Assembly: GCA_030141605.1 (NCBI GenBank)
Contig: JAQGDQ010000706.1
Location: forward strand, 1-64,000
Direction of reading: 5' to 3'
Length of the DNA: 64,000 nt
DNA from: Tubiluchus corallicola
Lineage: Eukaryota; Animalia; Priapulida
Shown here one piece after another: positions 28,801 through 40,800 of the stretch. The notes below the pieces were generated by a model, which did no database searches, was not told the origin of the DNA, and saw nothing but the letters and a program-made list of their open reading frames with translations. The number at the start of each line of letters is the position of its first letter. The first letter of the stretch is position 1. The translations under genes and the position numbers were made by a program.

Positions 28801-31800
28801 TACACTTAACCTTTGACTTTCCCATGATCATCATCAATCGCTGGAACTGTGAAACGGCTTATTCTAGGTCATGCGTTGTTTATCTTTGTGTTTCGGTTTT
28901 ATGTTCAAAACTTTATACTCTTGTATGCACACTTTTGTATAAAACTGTTTAAAAACAACATTATTTCTGAAATATTGATTTTTGTCGTATGGACTGTATG
29001 TAAATCACATTTTTTCATAATCACAGCTTATCAAATTACTCACTGCAATTCCTTACTGAGGAAAAATGAGATGTTGAATTTTCAGATATTGATGAGTGCA
29101 TTTATGAACCCTGCAAAAACAACGGAACATGCGAGAACGTCTACGGTCCTGATGTTTGCCACTGCTTGGATGGTTACACCGGAGAGCTTTGTGACAAAGG
29201 TACCGGAATTTACTTCAGTAAAGCAATTTAATGCAATTGTGGTAATGTATTAGCAAAAGCTAGCTGCTGGGGGGGGGGGCAAGCCAGCCCAACTCAGTGC
29301 CGGTCCCAAGCCCGGATAAATTAGGGAGGGTTAGGGTCAGGAAGGGCATCCGCCTGTAAAAACTGTGCCAAAACCTTCTATGAATGAGTCGGTGTGAGAC
29401 TTAAAGGCAAAGTCCGCAAAGAAGTGGTCAGACCCACTCTAATCTGTGGGCTGGAAGCGGCTTCTCTAAAGAAGACCGAAGAGAAGAAAATGGGTGTGGA
29501 GAGAAGAGAACTAAAATTAGAAATAATAGTATCAGAGGAACAGTAAAAGTAGTGGAAGCCTCGCAAGATTGCGATGGTATGGACACCTGAAAAGAAGAGT
29601 CGGTGAAGATCATGTGGGAAGGGAAGACATGAATGAGGAGATGGTCACCAACAGGAATGCGTGGAGAAGACTCATTCACAATGGCGACCCCGAATAGGGA
29701 AAAGCTGGGAAGAAGAGTGGTAATGTATTAGCAAATCAGTTGATGAAGGTGATCAGTCTGGAGAAGTTAGGAAGGGGTGTGGCATGTTTTCATTGCAAAT
29801 ATTGTATGATGGGAAGGCATCAGATAGTCAAATGGTGCATTGACATCAAAATTGTGGATCAGATCAGTCACATTTTGAGTCTTAATGATCTTTTATCCAG
29901 CTTGTACACCACATTTTGTACAAGTACACATGTACTTTTTGCATATACAATTTGCATAGTGTACACAATACTAATTTAAATGATTTTTATTGATCAGCAG
30001 TATTGAACTGCAGGCGCTACCTCTCCGACAAGGGCTAAAACTACCCGGGTTGGTTCTCTACTAGCAGATATGAAGGCCAAGCAGTTTATAACTCTTCTGA
30101 CATCCGCCCACGAAACAACAGAATGATGTGTGAGAAAAACGATACGTTTATTGGCAAATCACAAAGTAGATTCAAAAATAATGTTGCAATAGAGTCTCGG
30201 ATTCATCTAACTGGACCAGTGAAAGAGCAGAAAAGACCGCTTTTATGCAGGCCAGATCCATAACTTGGCTTTAACGAAAACTTACATTAGCGTGAAAGGG
30301 GTGTTCAGTACAATTCAAAAATAAAGATGAAATAGAGGTTACACCATCGTGGATTAAACTGACTAGACCAGTGAAAGAGCAGAGACGACCGCTTTTATGC
30401 AGGCCAGATCCATAACTTGGCTTCAACAAAAACTTACATTTAACTTGAAAGGGGTGTTATTTTTTATCGTGTCATATCAAGTAAACAAAATATTTGCCAG
30501 ATATAACTAGTCTCATTGTGGCTCTTTTAATAATTTTTTAACATTTGTACAGATGAGACTTAATGCAAAATGTTTCTAGCAACGAGAGATAAAACGGTTG
30601 TTTCAATGATGGTAGCGTCTGTAAATCTGATTCCTTTTTCAATTTCAGTTGCACCCGGTTGTTTCGTGCTTCCGTGCGTAGAGCAAGATGGCTGTTTTTC
30701 AAATGCAATGTTCTACGATTGTTGTAGCGATATTGCTACTGCGGTCACCCCAGTATGCGAACAAGGTTTGTTTTTACAAATACGAATCAGGTTAAATTAT
30801 TATCAGCAAGAATGCCTTAATGAGTTATCAGCATTAAATTATTATCAGCAAGAATTTTTTTACATATTTGTGTACGAACTAAACATTCATCACAATCTAT
30901 GAGACCAATACAATAAATATGCCGGTATTTATTAGTGAGACGCTTCCAAACACAGTAAACTCCATTGTCAATCAACAAGTGAACATCTGCTAAGAACGTA
31001 GAACAGATCTGATGGTATAACACTAAAGCAAGAAGAGAATCAAACACGAGTCATGTTATATACAACGCGTTAAAGCAATAATACAAAAAAAATTAAGTTT
31101 AAAAAGATAGGCTCCAATTACACATACTTAATTAAAGCGCAAGAAAACTCTCTACTTACATAAAGCTTAGAAAATTCGTCTTGAAATTTTATAGCAGTTG
31201 CATACTACACTTTTTGCATACTGGGCTTGCATTGCCAATAACGCTGTATAAAAAATGTAAATTTAAACTTCCGTTTCGAGCATTAGATGCAGCCATTTTG
31301 ACGATAAGTCATTGAAATAAGTTTAGATAACATTGAGTAAAGTTTGAAAAAATAATCAGAGCATTCATAGCGCCCACGTCACTAACTAAGTAAAATTTAA
31401 AATTACAGTATCTTGTCAATAAGATTAAAAATACGTTTTTGGTTAGTGAGTGGTGCACCCCGGAGGGTGAGCCAGTGACATTACCAATTGGTGAAAACAT
31501 TTTAAATAATTAATTTTCTTTTCTAGTTACATAAGTCTTTCAAGCAGGTAAGTGAAAAGCTAAGTAATATAATTTTTCGTGTAAAGTTCTGTGAGACACA
31601 GTTTAACATTTACTTTTCTTCCCCTGATTTACATTGTGCGTATGTGGCGTCATGTAAAGGCGCCGTCGGAACAGTATCGCGGGAAATTTAAAATGAAAAT
31701 AAACAAAAAATCCTTTCAATGCAAGTATGATATACGCATGAAGTTGCTATGAAGTAATATAATTTCTTAAGGCGATACTTCTGAAACCTACTTTAGGTAC

Positions 31801-34800
31801 CCCTTTTCTTGTCATTTAAACTCAGAAAGAATGTCGCATTAGAAGGAAGAATTATATGGACAAGATTTTTGCCAAGAGTTTGTTCCACGTTACTCTCTAT
31901 TTATTAATTTCATATTTAGCATGCAGTAGTCAAATTACTACTACTGCTACTCACGTACACAAATTACTACACACTTTGCACTGTTGTTGTGGTGCTATGT
32001 AAAAGTGCTGTGTAAGGTTGCGGTGTTATTGTGGTCATTTATAACGGTTCTGTTCCACGATGGTTTTGTGATACATGGTGTTGGTAAAAATACACTGAAG
32101 TGCAGGTTTGGAGTTCAAGTCTGTTTATTTTAAGATAAATCGCTTTTTTGTTTTGGCTGTTTTAACTTTGATTAGAGATGTGAACAATAAGAAATAACCT
32201 TTAACCTTGTCTAATTAGCCAAACTTTGAAGGAGTTTAAACCCTGCTTCACCAGAGACAGAGTGCATGAAAGACAGAGTGGTTACATAGTGACTGCCCGA
32301 AAGTTACTGCCTCTCTGTGTCAGCTTTTTCATTACCTTTTTTAACACCAAAACGCTTCAATGAATCAGGAAGGTTTTGTAACTAGCAAAGATATTCATGA
32401 GGTACTGCTTGGTACAAGCAATTACTAAGTCAATGTCCTAGTGGCGAGAAGTTGTACGAAACAAGAAGCAGGAAATACTTCAGAGAAGAAAAACAGAGAA
32501 ATCAGTAACCCTATAACACCCGTATCAAATCTATTCTAAACATAAACAAGGCAAAAAAGACAAAATCTTAAGCAATTGTAATTAATGATAACATTCTGAT
32601 ACAGTAAATTTTAAATTAATCCTCAAAAAATTGTGTTCAGTTAATCTTGATAACTTTCTCAAATATAAAAGGCAGTTTTTTCTTTGTGTTTCCCCAACAC
32701 TTAAAAATTTTCGTTTTTTCTTAATGTAATATTTCGTTGTGTTGTAATGTATAGTGTTGTACTTTTATATGTTTGTACACTATCTGTAAATTTTAATTGA
32801 GTGTTAATAAATAAATTAAATTAAATTATACTTCTGCTTAGTTTGACAAACAGTTTGAATAGTTTTTGAATACATATTTTGTTATTGTCTTAGGACTATA
32901 ATTTGTTTACAGTTATCCCGTGCGGTGGCCATTTTTGTGAAAATAATGGTACGTGTCTGTTAGAAGCTTACAGCAAAGATGTGCACATCACGTACAAGTA
33001 CAATTGTAACTGCTTGCCAGGTTTTGCAGGTCAAAAATGTGAATTAGGTAAACTTTTCATTCCAAATCTTAGTATTGTATATCAAACTCTGGCGACATTT
33101 CCATTGTTCTCAAGTAGATGGCACTGCCTGTTACACTCTTGAAAAGATTTCATTGTCAGCATACATTTGAAAGGATTTAAGAATTGGTTAAAGAGCTATA
33201 TAGCAGGTATTGAAGATTTTTAACGCATTATTATGATTACACAAAGAATTCTTAGTTATTATTAAACAAAAGAAAGTTGTAAATTAAATAACCTACCTTT
33301 TTCTGGCGAATTTCAAACGTGTGCATTGCCGTAAAGACCGCCATGTTTCTCATCTTTGGCGCGACTGAGCGAGAAATGACGGACGAGGAACAGAAAGCAT
33401 CTTTGGTTTCCGCTGTTTGCTTACAGATCTTTCATGACCTCGTGACTGTGCTCATAATTTAAATTTATACTAGTATGACGTGTGTAATTGGCAATTACAT
33501 AAATGATTTTAGTAGCAAAATTATCAACGCAAAACATAATACTATAGAACATAATTAACGTAATTTAAGTAACCAAAACTTGCAGGTTGCAACTGAATTG
33601 TGCAAAGCAAACAAAAGGAAAATATCTTACAGTTTTAACGTAAGAGAAAGTTCATAGCTTGATACTTAACTTCGATATCATGCAACTAAAATAAAAGGAA
33701 AAGAATTATCAACAGAACTAAAGTTGTCGAGAAAGAGAATATAATAAATTAAAGCAATGAAAAACTAAGCTAAATGTATAAAACAAAACAGAAAGAAAGG
33801 CAAATCAAAGTAAAACTGATTTCCTAATTTAATGGTTTCTTGTTCTACTGTTTAGATTTTGACGAGTGCTCCAGCAACCCGTGTAAAAACAACGGAACGT
33901 GCATTGATAGGCTCGGAATGTACACTTGTATTTGCGGACCAAACGCGGTGGGTTCCAGATGTGAGATTGGTATGATATTTATTATTGAAAATGTTTCTAT
34001 TGCCAAGTTTCCTAGTTTTTCATATCACGAATAAGTGCTTTGTGGCGATGCTGTTCTGTAGTCATTGCAATGGTCTAAAGTGTAATACTTCGTATTACTG
34101 AAACCAATCCGTCACTTTAGGGTTCGTTAGCGAAGAAAGTGTGAAGTAAATGTATCATTGTAGTTTAACATGCAAAAACTGTAGAGACACTGCAGAGATT
34201 GCATGTAAGACTGATGTTAATTGTAGTTAAGTAGTCATTTTAACATGTTTTTATTGTTGTAGGAGTAAGCGAGACTTATAGTTGGTGGTTAACATAAGTC
34301 CAATGTTCTGTATTTTGAGAGAAAAATATTGGGACATTATGAGTTTTACTATAATCACTGTGTTTTACATACTTTTTGGTAGGTTTGGAGTAAATTAAGA
34401 CCCCAAACTATGGAAAAAATAGATGAAAATATACAAACTCACTTTATTATGCAGATTTAAATTGTATTATTAGGTTACAAATGTAATATTGTTACCTGAA
34501 CACATTATTACTGATTAATATTCTTACTTATTTACTATTCTGCTCATTTGCATTACTTCGATTTATGTTATTAATGTATGTAGATAGTGCATGAAATACA
34601 GAGTGTTTACAGAGTGACTGCCCAAGAGTTACTGCCCGTGTGTCAGCTTTTTCATTACCTTTTTAAACACCAAAACGCTTCACCAGAGACAGAGTGCATG
34701 AAATACAGAGTGTTTACAGAGTGACTGCCTGAAAGTTACTGCCTCTGTGTGTCAGCTTTTTCATTACCTTTTTAAACACCAAAACGCTTCACTGAATCGG

Positions 34801-37800
34801 GAAGGTTTAGCAACTAGGTGGCATTCATGAGGTAACGCTTGGTACAAACAATTACTAAGTCGATGTCCTAGTGGCGAGAAGTTGTACTAAACAAGAAGCA
34901 GGAAATACTTCAGAAAAAGGCAGAGAAATCAATAACCCTATAACACTGGTATCAAAGCTATTCAAAAGATTTGACCACTTTGGTGAGAGTACTGTGTTAG
35001 CGTTTCTGTGAATTTTAGTTGTTCGCTCAGTAAATTAAAATGAGTAATATAAGATTTATGCTGAAATATTTGCAAGTACGTTTGTGCGAGTCGTAACACC
35101 GTGGAATTGCCTAAGAAGTAGAGAGTGGTTTGTGTATAAATGTCTTACTGTGTGTAAAGAATAAAAAGGTAACATTCTAGGACTATTTTCCAACTTTATT
35201 CAATTGTATTTTTTTGTTTCTTATTTAACAATCAATGTTGAAATGTTTTTTCTGGTTTTAGTTCATTGTAGATCTGAGCCGTGTCTGTTTGGTGGGTATT
35301 GTACGGAAGAAGCTGACGGCTATTCTTGTCGATGCAGGAAGGGGTTTACAGGACGTAGGTGCGAAGGTAGTCGATTTTTACCATATTTAGTCACTTAGTT
35401 GAATTTAGTAAGATATTTGAATGAATAATTTAATGTTAATACCTATGAGCTACTTTTCCTGCATAATTTTACATACTAGGTATGGAAAAAGTACTTTAAA
35501 CTTCTTTGCATGTATGAATCACACTGTCACTGTGAATACATTGAGTCTATAGGGATGACAGAAATATCTGTGTGGCCTTCTCGGTGTATGCTTAATTATG
35601 CAGTTAAGCAGTGGTGGGTCGTATTTGTAAATGACTGGGTGATTGTTTAGAAAACTCTTCAAAGGAGTGTCGCTTGTCATACTATGGTTATTTTGCTCGC
35701 CGAGACAGGATATATTCACTTTCAAAAGAGACGGATACACCACTGCTGGTTCAGTGCCTCTTCTTAGCAATTTACCTTTGAATTAATGACCTGGGTTCTA
35801 GTATAACTGTGACCATAAACGTTGATAGTGGTTCATGCTGTTACCTGGGTTCTAGTCTAACTATAACCATTAAACGTTGATAGTGGTTCGTTCATGCTGT
35901 TACCTGGGTTCTGGTCTAACAATAACCATTAAACGTTGATAGTGGTTCATGCTGTTACCTGGGTTCTGGTCTAACAATAACCATTAAACGTTGATAGTGG
36001 TTCATGCTGTTACCTGGGTTCTGGTCTAACTATAACCATTGAAAGTTTATAGTGGTTCATGCTGTTACCTGGGTTCTGATCTAACTATAACCATTAAAAG
36101 TTAATAGTGGTTCATGCTGTTACCTGGGTTCTGATCTAACTATAACCATTAAAAGTTAATAATGGTTCATTTTGTTAAATGTTTGATTTGGCCTTGCAGA
36201 GTTGCAAAGGTTTATTCTTCACACGCCATCCTAACATAACTTTTGTTATTTATCTTGAATACTGGTTTTTAGTAACTGACTTCATTTCTTAACTAGATGT
36301 CCGAAAACGATCAAAAACACATTAGACAAAGAATAGTCATTCTTTATCCGCATGAAGGAACATTTTCATAGAGCATGAAAAATTTTGGCTCATGTGTATG
36401 CAACATTTTAACGTTTTTGGTTTTTCCCTGAATGTGAACCAAAAAGCATATGGTCTGCTCTTAGTTTTTCTGCACAATGAACTGTGTTTCATATTATACT
36501 GTTGCCAAATTCGAACTAGACCAACCCGTGCAATTTGGCATGCAATTTGTGTCTTGTATTTATACCTGAGACATTGTTTAAGACATTGGCTAAAAATGTT
36601 TTGTAATTCAGATATGGTTGTGGGTGTAAGAGCAGGTGAACAGACGCCCCCCAAACTGTCCCTCACCGCGGTATCGGAAGAAGACGGATATTACGTCGGT
36701 TTTCCTGTTCACTTCTTATTACACGGCAATTGCAAACACAGTGGAGCGGAAGTATTGTGGGACATGGGTGACTCGTTTACTTTCAAGGTCAGCTGTCAAC
36801 ATTTTATTCCTATTCAAGACGCCACACCGGATCAGAAACGTTTGCTAGGTTATCCATCGGAGCTCGATCTTTACTCGTATTCTCATCAATACTCTAAACC
36901 TGGTACGTATGACGTCCGTGTGGTTGGTTTGCTCGCCGGCACAAACGAATCATTCCTGACATTATCCAGCACAGTAAAGATACTAAGAGACAAATGTGTC
37001 GTGCGTGTACGAGTGATTGGAGCCGGTCACGACGTCCGTACAGCACCGGCGTACAAAGTTTCCACTTCTTTAACTTTCTCGTCCATAATTTATAATGAAT
37101 GCTCGGACTTCGTCTCAACTCGGAACAAGTGGCAGATTTTTCTGATAAACGAGTTTCTGCACGTTCCTGCGGAGAACAACGTGCTCCAGTTACCGCACGT
37201 TAACGATACTAATGCCTACCTGACGATACCCGCAAGAATGCTTCGTCCCGGCAGCTACGTTGTACGTCTTACAGTAACTGTGAAAACAGCAGATCACACC
37301 ATACAGAACAGTGATCAGGTAAGTGATCAGTTAAACGTCATGTAAGGGGGGGGGGTGCGTTTGGAAAAGCCAGTGTTGAACTAACTAACTAACTTTATTT
37401 TTAATTGTGTTTATTTTTAAGGTGTTAAGGCATTGTGTCTCGCTGCACTAATCCTTCAGTAAGCATTGCAGCTCAAATGTATGTTATGGAAGTAAGATAC
37501 ATCTTGTACATCTTTAATATTTATGTAATCATCAATGCTGATCCTAAAGAATTTCAAGATACATTTTGTACATATTCAATATTTATGTAATCATTAATGC
37601 TATCCTAAAGAATTTCAAGAGACATTTTGTACATCTTTAATATTTATGTAATCATCAATGCTAATCCTAAAGAATTTCAAGTTACATTTTGTACATCTTT
37701 AATATTTAAGTAATCATCAATGCTAATCCTAAAGAATTTCAAGTTGCATTTTGTACATCTTTAATATTTATGTAATCATCAATGCTAATCTTGAAGAATT

Positions 37801-40800
37801 TCAGGATACATTTACTTTCAATTCTTTCTACACGACTCTGTATACGTGTTTAACCACTTTTGCTACTTACAAGCGAAAAATTAATTTTTTTCTCTTTCGT
37901 TGGTTCTAAGTCGTAATCACAATAATAATCTCAAATGCATAAAGTTTAACTTAATATTCAAAGATAGTCACGCTTGTCTCTTCTGTTCTTTCCCGTGATT
38001 GAAAACTATTCTACCTGAAACTAAAATTTTAACTCAATCAACAATCGTCTTAAATGCTAAATCTGATAATTTTTAATTACCTGGTACATGCGCATTAATT
38101 AATTATATTAGTAACAATCCTGAGAGGGTGGCTGACCTCGATAACTTATAGTTCTTTCGCCACCCTTTCACCACTAATCAATAATCACTTTTGCACTTTG
38201 TAATATTATTGTATGTTGTACAGATTTATAAATCTCTTAATTATGTATTTTGCTATCATAAAAATTGTGATAAACTAATAAACTTACTTACTATATATAA
38301 ATGTTTAGTAAATCACATCCTTTTCAGTAATTGGATTATGACTGAGTATTTGTAAACCATAGCGGTTTATTTTTTAAGAATTAATGCCCATTGTGGGTAA
38401 CGAGTTGGAGAAAGAAAGGAGGCGCTGAAAAATTGTGGGCTAGTTGGGACTTCAACTCGAGGCCTAGGATTAGTAAAGCAAAGAAATATTTTTTCGCATT
38501 TGCTGAAGTTGAATCAACAGTGCAAAAAACATTGTACTTCTTTGATTTGTATTGTTTTTGATAAGCATTTAGGTGAGAAAATCTTTATGCAAGGCATTCA
38601 GCACTGTCTAGTATTACAACCACACTATTTCTATGCTTTAAAATTCATTTAATGTGGTTCCTCTGCCGTTTTTTCTGTTGTTTTTAGAAGTGTTCTTTTA
38701 CTTTTGCTAAACTTATTAAACTCACAAACTTTTTGTTTTTATATGAGAAAATGAACCTCGAATTTATTTTTGGTTTATTCATTTGTCGCCACTGATAGAA
38801 TAGTTGTTGAGATTGTCTTACATTTGCAGGCTTGGTTTTTCATTGAAAGTGTGGGTTTAGTTGCTGTCGTTGACGGCGGACCATTCAGAGTCGTCGGAAG
38901 CGAAGATGATCTTACCATGGATGCTTCTGCTTCTTATGATCCAGATGATCTGTCTGATGATTTTGCGGTTTTCAAGCGCGCTAACGTCACAGTTAATTCA
39001 GAGTCAGAGGTGGAGAACTTTGGGCTCACGTATGTATGTTAAACTTAAAGGAAGAACCAATCCTCGAACAACATTTATTGCATTTTAATGTACAATTCAA
39101 AATATTGAAATCACAATACAAAATATGCACATAGAATGCTTTGCTTAAAAGTGTAATAGAAATTTAATTATTTCTTATCTCCCGCCAAATGAGCATTGAT
39201 GACGGCATATTTGAAAAAAATGACGTAAGCTGGTGTCTGCTGGGCAGTTTGAATGCCCTGAAGGCAAGCTGTGATGAAGGTACGCATTGAGAAATTTCTA
39301 CAATTTGCTTAGAAGTTCTGTTATTCTGATGTTGTATTTAACTGTGTTTATCTAGAAATTAGTCATTCGATCAGTTATGATCAAACTTAAAGTGGTTATC
39401 TTGCTTTAATCTACAGAATTACACCTTAAATGTGTCAGTAATTAACATGAATTGTGTAAATAATTAATTTACAGGTTTTTGCTGACTTTTAGATATACAT
39501 GTATACTTGCCAGCACATAGTAGGGGCCGGGCTGGTTACTTAGTTTATAGAATTCACTCTATAAGTTAAAAAAACGGCGAGATAAGTGTTTATATTGCAT
39601 GGAAACCGGATGACGCCATTTTTCGTCTAAAATGAGCGCCCCCAAGCATAAAGTTACGGCGACTTTAAATTGATTTTACTAATTACACGAGATTCTTATC
39701 ACAATTTTATCGCTGAAGCTTTCTAACATTTTCCCCAAATATTAAAATAAGCTCAACTTCCCAAGAGACTTGGCTTTTGCTTTAAGAGTGGTATAGAGGC
39801 CTGCTAATACTCTTTTTCAAACTCCTCAGTATTTTGTCACACACCACATAAGGGTATTTTAGATGAGTTTTGATTGATATTTACTTAATCTTGGCTTTAT
39901 ATATTTCTCTTACACTCAATTGTAAACGTAGCATCTGTGACTTGAGTGACATCAGTGTCACAATAGTGCTACTCAATAACATATATAAATTTACTTAGAA
40001 TAAATTTGTTTTGTGTCAAGAGGCTGGAGATAATTTACTAAACAAACTCTGCGCTTTGTTATTTCCTTAGAATATTAGAAGTTATAATCTGTCAACATAT
40101 GAATTCACCTATTTGCTTCTTCCTGGCAGTCATGTGTCTACTTACATGTTTAAAGCTTCTACAGAAATTTGTATTTCTTACTAAGCACTTCTAAGCATTG
40201 TATTAGTTTACATTGCTTTCATAGTAATGTTAATCAAATTTTCAAATTTATGCTACGTATATATCTGTACTGCTAGTAGTCTTACTCTAATGATTCTACT
40301 GTTTGTAGTTTATCATCTGTACAGAAATTTGTATTTCTTACTAAGCACTTCTAAGCATTGTATTAGTTTACATTGCTTTCATAGTAATGTTAATCAAATT
40401 TTCAAATTTATGCTACGTATGTATCTGTACTGATAGTAGTCTTACTCTAATGATTCTACTGTTTATAGTTTATCATCTGTACAGAAATTTGTATTTCTTA
40501 CTAAGCACTTCTAAGCATTGTATTAGTTTACATTGCTTTCATAGTAATGTTAATCAAATTTTCAAATTTATGCTACGTATGTATCTGTACTGATAGTAGT
40601 CTTACTCTAATGATTCTACTGTTTATAGTTTATCATCTGTACAGAAATTTGTATTTCTTACTAAGCACTTCAAAGTATTGTATTAGTTTACATTGCTTTC
40701 AGAGTAATGTTAATCAAATTTTCAAATTTATGCTACGTATATATCTGTACTGCTAGTAATCTTACTCTAATGATTCTACTGTTTGTAGTTTATCATCTGT

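Noticed and set aside
30000-30130. Possible hammerhead ribozyme or retroelement fragment
   Set aside because: No intact CUGANGA/GAAA core with pairing stems could be drawn.
36392-36611. N-terminal 73 aa of the 317-aa ORF
   Set aside because: It lies upstream of the attcag acceptor and has intron-like composition.
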